The notes under the pieces are model-generated. The model saw nothing but the letters and a program-made list of their open reading frames with translations. It was not told where the DNA came from and did no database searches. Of a stretch of DNA of 24,147 nucleotides, positions 11,303-22,192 are shown one piece after another. Both the position numbers and the translations under genes were made by a program. Within the stretch, counting starts at the first letter, position 1; each line of letters starts with the position of its first letter. Source of the DNA: Octopus sinensis (taxonomy: Eukaryota); NCBI RefSeq assembly GCF_006345805.1, contig NW_021836482.1, forward strand, positions 1-24,147, read 5' to 3'.

Positions 11303-11859
11303 ATCGTAAAGGTACAGGATGTCTTGTACTGGCTTCGCTCTAGATCATATCAAAAAGGTGCAGAGGGCTTCACCGGTGTTGTGCAAGATTTATTAGAGCT
11401 AAAATTTTAGGTTGCACGATCTCTGACGATGCGACTTTTCGATGCCCGATCAAGTTGGAGGACGCCATGGAGAGCATGGAAGCCGTAATAACTTTCATAA
11501 TATCTAGTCTGTTTCGATAACGCCATTTTAAATTCCTGGCGTCTCCTGTTCGTATTAATGTATTTTGTGAATGAACAATAATGTATATGAGCTTAAGGAA
11601 GTATGTGTATACAATTATGTGTTTGGGTCAATCGATATTTTTGGATGTGTATGCTCATATATGATCATTTGTTTATGTGTATAAGTATGTGATCGTAAAC
11701 GTATATTTTAGCATAAGTATGTTTCTATGTCGTTGCCGCGAGAATATGTACGAGTATATGTTTAGATATATATATGCATGTGTGTGTGAGTATATTTCTG
11801 CCTATGTATGTATTTGAATACATATGTATGTGTGTTCATGCGCATGTATATATATATAA

Positions 11860-12275
11860 CCCAGTACAACCTGTTACATGGTCAGGCCGTCGGCGACTAA
11901 ACAGGCAACCCCACCAAGCTTGCTTGGTGAGGAGGGTGTTTATTGGACACACTGCGGGATGAAAAACAAAACCCGTCAAAGGGCGAAGCTTAAGGCTGTA
12001 TCATGCGCGGGGACATAGAAATAATCGGACTGAATACCCGATCGCGCGGTTAAACCATTGGGAGTGAAGGACTCCCAGCCTTTGTTAGGCCATCCTTCTA
12101 GGAGAAGCTAACTCAGGTAACTGGGATAACTCCGACATAAAACCTGCGGCTGAGTGGTTACCGATGATGTTGACTTGTTCTTCTTTTCGGATTATGGCTG
12201 CTGTTGCTTAGTGAGTGGGATTGACTTAGTGCACAACCTTTCCTCACTTTAAAAAAAAATCTTCTTGCACAGGCA
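11860..12275 (+). mobile_element. Probable 5' UTR fragment of an RTE-like LINE
   Basis: GC-richer, hairpin-rich block (CACCAAG..CTTGGTG; GGGAGT..ACTCCC). It carries the motifs CCTTCTAGGAGAAG..AACTC and CCTCACTTTAAAAAAA, which resemble RTE-clade leaders as I recall them. No ORF survives. Confidence 0.4.
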
Positions 12276-12429
12276 ATGCACGATAACAACATTGTTCATG
12301 ATTGTTGATGGTGCTGTGAGTCTCAACTGAATGGCTGGCTGTAGCCTTAAAAAGCAAATAAAAGTCACGTTCGATCACAGCACCAATAACAGTTAAGCTT
12401 TGTGCAATGGCCAAACTCGATAACGAGGG

Positions 12430-12524
12430 GGCAGCCATCATGCATATATATATGACGAGTCTTGTTATTTATATATCCTTCCTGATGAGACTGATGCATT
12501 GCCAACCATAATTTATCCTGTCGG

Positions 12525-12526
<2 letters not shown>
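12430..12526 (+). ncRNA. 5' half of a type I hammerhead repeat unit (leader, helix I 5' strand, intact CUGAUGA, helix II 5' strand), truncated
   Basis: CUUC (12478-12481), CUGAUGA (12482-12488), GACUGAUGCA (12489-12498). It breaks into (TA)n/(TG)n at ~12526 and duplicates 12750-12820. Confidence 0.65.
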
Positions 12527-12584
<58 letters not shown>

Positions 12585-12770
12585 TAATGCATGTGCACGT
12601 ATATGTATTTGTATTCGTTTGTGGTTTTTGTATGTACATAATGTTTATATTTACACGTCACATATTTCAGTGTGTGTACGCGTGTGGGTATATGAATATA
12701 AATACATTAGGTTTTATAGGAATTTGTATTCCTGTTAACATGTCTGTTTGATGAGTTTGTTATTTATATC

Positions 12771-12855
12771 CTTCCTGGTAAGATTGATGCATTGCTGACC
12801 ATAACTTATCCTCTCGGATATTTATGGAGTGCATCCGTCGAAACATATGTAGAAG
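12771..12855 (+). ncRNA. Complete type I hammerhead fold with a mutated core (CUGGUAA)
   Basis: CUUC (12771-74) pairs with GAAG (12852-55). Core CUGGUAA at 12775-81. Helix II GAUUGAUGCA pairs with UGCAUCCGUC. GAAAC AUAU GUA at 12840-12851. Confidence 0.7.
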
Positions 12856-12915
12856 AATTCAAGATATAAATGGTTTAATGGCATCCCGAGCGTTCGTCTC
12901 TTTATTCAATTTTCC

Positions 12916-12950
<35 letters not shown>

Positions 12951-13107
12951 GTGGAGGCTCTAGTGGTTAGAGCATCGCAGTCGAGGAATCGTGGTTCGAA
13001 TCTCTAGCCGGGCAATGCGGCTTCAGCGGAAGGTAATGGCTAACTTCTGCTGACTCTTTCGCCACAACTTTCTCTCACTCTTTCCTTCTGCATCTTGCAG
13101 CTCACTT
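12951..13107 (+). mobile_element. Truncated tRNA-derived SINE, third family
   Basis: Box A-like TAGTGGTTAGAGC and box B GGTTCGAATC, followed by a non-tRNA body (CTCTTTCGCCACAACTTTCTCTCACTC). Confidence 0.7.
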
Positions 13108-13109
13108 AA

Positions 13110-13138
13110 ATATATATGTATACATATATGCTTATATG

Positions 13139-13213
<75 letters not shown>

Positions 13214-13250
13214 TATATTATATATATATATAGTATATATATATATGTAT

Positions 13251-13293
<43 letters not shown>

Positions 13294-13315
13294 ATATATA
13301 TATATATAATATATA

Positions 13316-13358
<43 letters not shown>

Positions 13359-13368
13359 ATATATATAT

Positions 13369-13438
<70 letters not shown>

Positions 13439-13525
13439 GTATGTATGCTTATGTATATGTATATATACATATGTACATACATACATACAAACATACATAC
13501 ATACATACATACATACATACATACA
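13110..13525. repeat. Long (TA)n tract followed by (CATA)n
   Basis: Seen directly in the sequence. Confidence 0.95.
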
Positions 13526-13984
13526 TGCGTGGGACAGTTCAAGAGGCTACGCACTTGCTGACGAAGATTCCAAAAAGGGTCGGAACGTATGCACAGTCGT
13601 TCCTCTTTTTTCTCTCTCTACGAATATATTGACGAATTGTTTACAATCGTTGTCCAATCACAGTGTCGGCAACTAAAATCTATAGATATGTTCTATAATA
13701 CGTTATACGAATGTAAAAGTTTGGGAGAAGTAACTGACCACTCGGCATTTGATAATGGATCGAGGAGAAAGTATCATCGAAATATACTGCGATATGATAG
13801 GAAATTTCTGATTTAAGAGCAGACAAATTAGTTGTTTCTGTTGTTGTTGCTGTTCAGCCGCTGGTTTGCTCTGAGTGAGCTGACCAATAATTAAAAGCAT
13901 CCAGTTTATTTACAATGTACAAGGAACGCAGAACCACCTGACCAAACGAGATTGCTTTGCATATCGTAAGGTACGATTTAAAAG

Positions 13985-14040
13985 GAATCTGGCTGCTATT
14001 TCTAGAAGATCGTACGACCATATAGAGGTTTCTCCTAGTA
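13985..14040 (+). repeat. Short dispersed repeat, copy 2
   Basis: GGAATCTGGCTGCTATTTCTAGAAGATCGTACGACCATATAGAGG. Confidence 0.6.
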
Positions 14041-14439
14041 AACAGGTGGAGTCAATGGGTGAGCAGAGGAAGTACGCTGAATATTTGCTGGTTACTGGGT
14101 AGCAAGGAGAAAGTCCTCTACCTGGTCATTCTACTTGCTAGATGGAGCAGCCAAACAACCTCAAATCATACTTGCCTTCTTAAAAAAGACGTATTGCAAG
14201 ATATATGTCGGAAAAGAGTAGGTGGTCATGACTAGAGCTGCTTTGATCATAGGCCTCCTTGTATCAGTAATCAAAGTCATGTCAGCCGTGGCCATCTCGA
14301 AGAAGAAGAGCAAGACTCCGGTTGACCTGCCTCTATGGAAACTGAACAAGTGATCTCTGATTTTTGTGTAACGAGTGTCACTTTACGGGTGGTGTAACTG
14401 TTGTTTCTTGCGGATTTAGTGGCTTACTCGGTAGATGTT

Positions 14440-17186
14440 AGACTAAATATAGGATAGCTCCTACTAAAATATAGGAGATGCTAACTTACTGATCTATGGA
14501 GGAGGGGTAATAGTCACCAGAAAATTAGATATCTCACAGGGAAAGATAAAAAGAAAGAGCAAATATGGAAAAAGAGTTTACAAAATAAAGTGAAGACTTT
14601 AAGACAAAGTCTGAGTAGAATAGAAGCCTGGAAACCGAACAAGTTAGGAAACACAAGATACACATCTTGCCTCGAGGAAAGAAACTTAGTCAAAGACAAA
14701 GTATTTTGGACAGTAAAAGAAGAGTTGAAACAACGTGTCATAGCAGTATCAGGCAAGCTCTCCATTTATCAAGAAAGAATGGATCAGTATCAACAGAATA
14801 GATTATTTGAGACAGAGCAGAGGAGGTTTTATAACCAAATGTGGAGAACGAAGTACTAAAGATGAGAAACTTAATACAGAAGAAGCTAGAAACTTATGGA
14901 GTAATATTTGGAATAAACCAGTCAATCATAATGGAGATAACAGTATGGTTAAAGAAAGTGAGGGAAGAAGTAGTGGGTGAGAAGCAGCCAGATCTAAGAT
15001 TAACCAGTGCATTAATAAGTAAAATGTTAGGGAAAATGCCGAATTGGAAGGGCCCAGGAGCAGAGGTACTGGTTAAAGGAATTTAGTAATTTACACAGAA
15101 GACTGAGAGAACAACTTCAAGATTACCTTAATGGAGGAATAATATCAGATTGGATTACTAGAGGGAGGACAATACACATTATGAAAGATAAGGGCAAGGG
15201 TAATACAGCTAACAATTATAGACCAGTGATTTGCTTACCATTAGTGTGGAAGCTATTAACAGGAATGCTATCAGAAAATATTTACGAGCACCTTGACAAG
15301 CAGAATTTACTGCCAGAACAGAAAGGTTGCAGGAAGAAGGCTAGAGGAATGCATGACCCATTATATATAGACAAAGCAGTTCTAAATGAAGTAAAAACTA
15401 AAAAGAAAAATCTAACAATAATATGGAGAGATTATAGGAAAGCCGATGACATGATTGCACCCCATGGATAAGAAAATGTTTGAGTATGTTCAGTATAGCA
15501 GACAACATAAGAGAATTAATAAGCTATAGCATGAAGAAATGGAAAGCAGATCTCTTCTCAGGTGACACACTCTCAAGCAAAGTTAATATCAAAAGCGGAA
15601 TTTTCCAGGGGGACTCGTTGTCCCCCTTAATATTTGTCTTATGTTTGATCCCCCTCAGTTTAGTATTAAGGAAGGCAAAGGTAGGGTATCAGTTCAGAAA
15701 TAGTAAAGGAAAAATTAACCATTTGCCCTACATGGATGATCTGAAGCTTTTTAGTAAGAATGAGAAAAGAGATAGATTCTTTAATACAGACTGCAAGAGT
15801 CCTCAGCAAAGATATAGGCATGGAATTTGGCAAAGATAAGTGTAGAATATTAGTCATGAAGAGGGGACAGGTAGTCAAGAGCGAAGTCATCCGATTACCA
15901 GATGACCAGACATTAAAATCATTGAAAGACGGAGAAAGTTATATTTGGGAGTGTTAGAATCTGACTAACTACAGAAATAAAAACGAAAATTGAGAAGGAG
16001 TACATCAGAAGGGTGAGGAAGCTAATGAAATGAAAGCTAAATGGTCCAAATCTAGGGAAGGCTGTAAATACTTGGGCAGTATCATTACTTAGTCACTCAG
16101 CAGCTTTTGTAGATTGGACCAAATCTGAATTAGCAAAGCTAGCCAGAAGAACTAAGAAGGAATTCAATATGAATGAAGGACTCTACCCAAGGGCAGGACT
16201 AGCAAGATTGTACCTACATAGAAAGGAAGGTGGAAGAGGGTAAATATCAGGAGAATACTGCGTGGAGTTAGCTAGAGTATATATAGACTCCTATGTAGGT
16301 AATAGTGAAGAAAGTTTATTAAAAGTTGCTAAAGTCACAGCAAGACATAGGTAAGCCAAAACCCCAAACGATCTTAAAAATCAGAAAGATTGTTAAAGAT
16401 AGTTTGCAGCAAATAGTAGTAATGAGACATGGTTATGGTTGCAGAAGGGAAAGCTAAAGAGGGAAACAGAAAGTTTGTTAGTAGCTGCATAAGATCAAGC
16501 ATTAAGGACTAATTGGATAAAAGCCAAGAGAGACAAAACAAAGTAGATTCCCAATGCAGATTAAGCAAATCAAAGAGCAAAGCGTTACTCATATAGTAAG
16601 TGAATGCAGCCTGGTGGCACAGAAAGAATACAAGAAAAGACATGACAATCTAGGGAGAGCAGTCCACTGGGAATTATATAGAAAGCTAGGATTGGAATAT
16701 ACTGATAAATGGTATTAACCTAGTAGTAAAAAGTAAGAAATGCAAGATGTTATGGGACTTGATATTACATATTTATTCAAACTGACAGAGTAATAGCAGC
16801 TAGAATGCCTGATTTAGTAGTAGTAGATAAAGAAAATAGAAAGAGGCAGATAATTGACTTTACAATCCCAAATGATGAAAAAATTAATATGAGAAGTATA
16901 GAAAAAAATAGCAAAGTACCAGGACCTAGATATTGAAATACAAAGACTATGGAAAGTGCGGGTAAAATGTATCCCAGTAGTTATAGGTGCATTAGGAACT
17001 AACCCTAAAGATCTGAACAGATGGATAAAGGAAAAAGGCATAAAGCCCAGTTTAGTACAGCTGCATAAAACAGTGTTATTAGGGACAGCTAGGATACTTA
17101 GGAGGGTTCTTGGCATCTAAGGTTATTTGTTGTAGCCCGATGTTAGGATTCTTTTCTTTTGCAACAGTCTGATCTGTTGAGTGTAC

Positions 17187-17246
<60 letters not shown>

Positions 17247-17283
17247 TAATAATAATAGTGATAATAATTAATAATAATAATAA
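14440..17283 (+). mobile_element. 5'-truncated, decayed R4/Dong-like RLE non-LTR retrotransposon (RT, CCHC knuckle, restriction-like endonuclease) with (AAT)n 3' end
   Basis: Fragments NLLIYGGGVIVTRKL, WKGPG, NYRPVICLPLVWKLLTGML, EQKGCRK, GIFQGDSLSPLIFVLCL (15597-) and NHLPYMDDLKLF (YMDD 15729-15740). Knuckle CRL(S)..THIVSECSLVAQKEYKKRHD at ~16555-16650. RLE ARMPDLVVVDK..IIDFTIP..KYQDL..IPVVIGALG..GTARILRRVLGI* with stop at 17118-17120. 3' UTR to ~17186, then (AAT)n. Many stops and frameshifts. Confidence 0.93.
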
Positions 17284-17460
17284 ATGTTAATTGGACTTGG
17301 TTTCTAATTTCCTCTTAACGTTCGAGCCTTCAAATATCTGCCACAAGAATCAAATGCTACCGTTTCTTTAAAACAGGAGCAACTTTTAGTTAAGACTTGC
17401 AGGATTTTAAGTCAAAATAGAGAGACATAGCGAAATGTATTTTGGTCCGTTTTCTACCGT

Positions 17461-17712
17461 TTTTGTGACTCCATTTACCTGCAACATAGTCGGAGGTAGC
17501 ACGGATCATTGAGTTCCACTAGTTACTATTTCTGTACCTCCATCTCTTTGCAATATGGGCAGAGCTGACTCAAGCCTTTGTCTTCCAGCCCTAACGTTTC
17601 TGTAACTCCTCCTCTCTGCAACATTGGAAGACCTCACAGAGATCCTTGTGTTCCCGCCTCTATCATTTCTGTAACTCCTCCTTCTTCCAAATATGGGCGG
17701 AGCTAATTCAGA
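17461..17712. repeat. Degenerate tandem repeat, ~4 units of 68-69 bp
   Basis: Units start near 17461, 17529, 17597 and 17666, sharing TTTCTGTA(A)CTCC..CTCT.TGCAA.AT.GG. Confidence 0.75.
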
Positions 17713-17862
17713 ATATTGCGTTCGCTCTTTTATTGTTAAATATTAAAAACATTAAAATACACTAAGCCTTCGGTGGCAGAGAACATCTTAAAGAAGCTGA
17801 CATAACAGGGAGACCGAACGGTATCTGCAGGATGGGGGGAGTTCTAATAAGAAATGGGTTCG

Positions 17863-17920
<58 letters not shown>
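17863..17920. repeat. (CT)n microsatellite
   Basis: Seen directly in the sequence. Confidence 0.95.
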
Positions 17921-17923
<3 letters not shown>

Positions 17924-18384
17924 GCCAAAGAAGTGTGTTGTATCTTGCATGCCTTTGAAATAAAAACAAATGTCAATGCTGTCTGATTACGATGGACGGG
18001 GTTTCAAACCTGCTTCTATCATCTACCTCAAATGAAGCCATTGCCAAGAAGTGGACTTCAATATCTCACCATGCTATAGGCAGGTAAACTAAACAATAGT
18101 GTGCGCGTTCGTGCGTGCGTGCGTATATATGTCTCCCCCCACACACACACACATACAGACGCATACGTGTGTTATGGATTCTGCCGTCGTTATGCGACAG
18201 ACGAGGGCTCCGAAACCTGTTACTGAATAACCACCATCACAGATGATTTGTTTATAGAGATCAAAAATACTCGTGTCCACATAAATGCACCTTTTGTCTC
18301 TATCAGATTGACATTGCCTGACAGGTGCACAAGTGTGCCGCCGTCAGATGTCGAAATGAAGGTAGATCAACGTGAGATGAAGTG

Positions 18385-19377
18385 TTTTACGCATCCAGCG
18401 CTGATTCCATTGATGGAAGCATTCCTGGAACTCGTTTTCTGGGATAATCAGCAGCTGCATAGTCACATTCTTCCATTAAAGCGGGATTTGAATTTTGGAA
18501 AGAGGAAAAAGTCGCAAGGGACAAGATCTGGGGAATACGGTGGCTATCGGACCTGAGGAATACGGTGGCTATCGGACCTGAGGAGTGCTGTGTCTAGCCT
18601 TCCCCTTGTAGTCGAAGAAAACAGTCAACAGTGTCTTCACATTGCTTCGATTCATTCGTGTTCTCTTCGGTTTCTGAGGGGTTGGCTGCGACGTCTGAAC
18701 CTTTGTTTCGGGATCATAGCCATAGACCCACGATTCATCACCCGTTATGACCGTTTTCAAATAGTTTTCATTGTTCTCGACACAATGAAAGAGATCTTGT
18801 GCAACTGAAAACCAAGTGTTCTTTTGTTCAGCTGAAAGCATTTTTAGCACAAACTTAGCGGACGCGCATCTCATACCCAAATCTTCAGTTATGATGGACT
18901 GAACTGAACCGTAACTAGTCTGCACATCCCCTGACAACTTATGGATGGTGATTCGACGATTTCCCCTCACAACCTCACGCACATCTACGCTGTTTTTCTC
19001 TTTTCTGCTGGTTGCGGTTCTCCCAAGACTTTCGTCAACATCGACATTTTTTCGACCATCTTGGAAATATCTGAACCACTCGTACTCCCCTCCATACACT
19101 TTCTGCAACTTTGGGTAGGCCTCCTCTGAGCAGGTATCGCCAAGCTTTTGCCAAAATTTGATGCAGATTCTCTGCTCAACTTTCTCTGTCCTGATCAATG
19201 TGACGCTCAAACGCTACACACGTTTCTTCCAAGCACAGTAGTAAACACCAGACGTGAGCCAGAAGGTTAAACTTAGTGCGCATCTACAGCAAAGTTCAGG
19301 ATCAATATTTGCCAAGCTGCATGCTTTAGCTTCGTTACTATGGCAACGGTCCGGATACTTATTGATCAGACCACGTA
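18385..19377 (-). mobile_element. Mariner (DD34D-type) element with 5' TIR and an internally deleted transposase pseudogene
   Basis: The minus strand starts TA-CGTGGTCTGATCAATAAGTATCCGGAC. ORF 18569-19210 contains EQRICIKFWQKLG, YEWFRYFQDGR, SAKFVLKML and ITGDESWVYGYDPETK. Downstream: PPYSPDLVPCDFFLFPKFK..ENEFQECFHQWNQRW. The segment with the second catalytic Asp is deleted. Confidence 0.92.
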
Positions 19378-19424
19378 TAACAAGCTGTCTCCGATATACT
19401 TAATCTATAAACCCGCCTCATTAG

Positions 19425-19466
<42 letters not shown>

Positions 19467-19629
19467 TTGTATAGAGCGTTTGAAGTGGTGTACAGATATT
19501 GTATATTTAGAAAAAGGAGGCAGTTAGAATTTTGGATAATCTTTTACGAACGAAAGTGTTAATACAGGATTATGACTGCCTCCTTTTCCTCAATATGTGT
19601 GTGTGTGTGTGTGCGCGCGCGTGAATGTG

Positions 19630-19775
19630 TTAACGGTTCGGCCAAACAGACCGATGGAATATGTGCCAAGCTTAAAAAAATGTACTGGTATTGCTTCATT
19701 CGACCAAAATTCTTGAAGCCGGTGCCCCAGCTTGGCCGCAGTCTAATGACTAAATCATAAAAAGGATATATCGGC
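19630..19775 (+). mobile_element. 3' fragment related to the 5107-5488 SINE
   Basis: TAACGGTTCGGCCAAACAGACCGATGGAATA...GGTGCCCCAGCTTGGCCGCAGTCTAATGACT matches 5340-5465. Confidence 0.7.
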
Positions 19776-20621
19776 ACACACATATCGATATACATATAAA
19801 TTGATGGTGAGAGATATCCGCACATCGATGCGCAGAGAATAAGCGACAAACAGACACATACCTGGGTACATTCTTACGAACGCTGAATTCGATATATACT
19901 TCCACCCCACCCCACCTCACCCACATACACACATAAAGTCACATAAACCGCCCCTCACAGAGACACACAGACATTCACTCACACATAGAAGCAATCACGC
20001 TACGAATATTCTACCAACAAAGCAGGCAGCATAAATCAGTGGGTGTGTCTAAACTGTAGCACCGCCTTCTTTTTAACTTAACTGTCCCACCCAGCCCGTA
20101 TCTCCTCCCACTTTGCATTGTCTATTTACATTAGACACGCTATGAGGAAACTGAAGCGGCAATAAAGCGCAAAGTTAATTAATCCCTTAACTATTAATCA
20201 GCACTAATTAATAACTAGTTAAGATACTGTATGGGTGGGGCTGTGGGCGGAGTCAGAGTAAAAGACAATCAGCAAACTACGGCAGTGAAATAGTAATTCA
20301 TTTATACTTATGATTGTTTTTGTAGTTGTTGTTATTATTATTTGTTAATCCTATGTCAGCCCTGATCCAACAGAAGCATAATCAAAGGTATTCCAACCAT
20401 GACCACCTTGTCTTTTTTCTTGGAACATTATGTCTTTTTCTAAGACGCCAGGGCGTAAATTAGAGTATGTTTCGCTGCTATTTGTAGAATTTCAACCTTG
20501 TAGACGCTGGTTGTTGTTGTTGTTGTTGTAGATCTCTGATAAAAGCATTCCAATCATGACATTCCCAACTTTTACCTACGAGCAGAGAAAATACGGGTAC
20601 ATTGGCGCACTTAGAAGTAGC

Positions 20622-20675
20622 GTGTGAATTTAGCTGCTATTTCTAGCGAGCCAAATGACCTTGAAGAGGCTTTTC
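20622..20675 (+). repeat. Short dispersed repeat, copy 3
   Basis: GTGAATTTAGCTGCTATTTCTAGCGAGCCAAATGACCTTGAAGAGG. Confidence 0.6.
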
Positions 20676-21559
20676 GAGTTGTACAAGATGATAATATCAG
20701 TATAACCACGTGACCTTGTAGTGTTTATTTTCCTTCAACGCCTGCGACTTTTGTTTCTATTTTTTTTTTTTTGTATCAAGGCTGTTCGTCTTGAGCTTCG
20801 TATAAAACAGGGGTGGGGAAACCCCCACCAGCCCCTTTTATTGCGCCCTCTGGCTGATATTCTCATAAGTACAAAATAGAGTAAATTTCTCCATCAAAAT
20901 TTATTCACTGTTCGTATAACTATTTGCGACATAGGGTCACGTTACCACTACCACTTAAAATGGCCAGATATCGTCCAGGAATTGCCATTTGAATGGAAAT
21001 TTTGTTTTCACTACAAAACACATATTTCTAGGTTTGTACCCCCCACCCCTTGAGATCCAACTACATTCTATCCGGAAAATATAGAATACTTCATAAGTAA
21101 TAGAAACGTCCTAAAATTGAGTGGCGGCGTTAATGAAGATGTTAGGCGTTAATTGAATGAGTTAAACTTTCTCTTTATTAACAATTATACAAAATTATAC
21201 AAAATTATACAAAATTCACAAAGATATCAGAGTTAGAACCTGTGATCCGCGCGCGGAACTTTTTCTTCGGAAATGTTTGCCCCTGCACTAAAACGTTTCC
21301 TCAGTATAAGACGTCGCTCCATCTGCAACAACCTGTATTCCCCACCCCCATCTCCGAATGATATAAGATACCCTTCCTTCCCCCAATATAATAGGTTCTC
21401 CTTCAGTTTCCCCCCCCCCCAATAGACTATTCCCCTTCCTCAAAGTTCTGGCCCTTTATCGGCGCTCATTTCTCAGTTCAAACACCACTCGAGGGACAGG
21501 TGGGATTCGATCCATCACATGAGTACCAGTCATATAATGGGGAAGACAGAGACAATCTA

Positions 21560-21700
21560 TTGGTTAGCGGAACCGTTAGAGTAGCTTCAATTACGGACCT
21601 TGACGTTTTGAGTTCAAGATCCGGAGATTAAGCTTTTTTACCTGTCATCTTTTCCTGGTTAATAACAATCAATACTAGTTATACTCCGGGGGTCATTTAT
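21560..21700 (+). mobile_element. Strongly decayed copy of the 6610-6840 SINE family
   Basis: ACGTTTTGAGTTCAAGATCCGG..CTTTTTACCTGTCATCTTTTCC..ACTAGTT..GGGGGTC aligns loosely with the reverse complement of 6680-6790. Confidence 0.45.
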
Positions 21701-21857
21701 ATATTTGTGTGTGTGGGTGAGACAACAAAGCCAAGGCTGTGTGGAATTTGCAGAACACTTGCAAAGAGAAAGTTAGTCTTACAGCTGTTTCTGGGATATT
21801 ACGGATATTCCTTCATCAGAGACAATGTGAAATGTGAAATGACTGAAAGAAATAAAA

Positions 21858-21859
<2 letters not shown>

Positions 21860-21902
<43 letters not shown>

Positions 21903-21906
21903 TATA

Positions 21907-21953
<47 letters not shown>

Positions 21954-21965
21954 CATATATATATA

Positions 21966-22005
<40 letters not shown>

Positions 22006-22015
22006 TATATATATA
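21860..22015. repeat. (TA)n tract
   Basis: Seen directly in the sequence. Confidence 0.95.
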
Positions 22016-22192
22016 GGTTCGGGACGTCACCAACAGTAAACAACATGAAATACGAAAACGATGAGTTCTATACGCAAACAATGAAAGAAACAAATAGAAA
22101 ACAGGATAAGTAACATAAAGAACGACCTTTCATCAGCTGTCGGCTGTCTACCTACTCCTCATTTCGAGTACTGAATGACAATATATATATAT

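Noticed and set aside
11100-11500. Faint RTE-X C-terminal resemblance (YLRVV, DHIKK, LEDAME)
   Set aside because: The motifs are scattered over different frames and too short to distinguish from chance without a profile search.
14050-14160. Hairpin TAGCAAG/CTTGCTA upstream of the R4-like element, a possible 5' ribozyme
   Set aside because: I could not build an HDV-like double pseudoknot, and the link to the element is unproven.
17461-17712. Regularly spaced repeats as a possible CRISPR-like array
   Set aside because: The context is eukaryotic, the units are degenerate along their whole length, there is no constant-repeat/unique-spacer pattern and no cas genes.
20081-20252. 22 bp imperfect inverted repeat and a GC box (GGGCGGAGTC) suggesting a promoter
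   Set aside because: About 17/22 identity and a single Sp1-like site are expected by chance, and no downstream exon is evident.
20808-21350. CAGGGGTGGGGAA resembling a hAT TIR, with TTCCCCACCCCCA as a possible partner
   Set aside because: The match is imperfect, there is no 8 bp target-site duplication and no transposase remnant.
22020-22180. Minus-strand CGAAA...CUGAUGA as a possible type II hammerhead
   Set aside because: No complementary helix I or II strands can be placed. It is probably a dispersed repeat, but there is no second copy in the window to confirm that.
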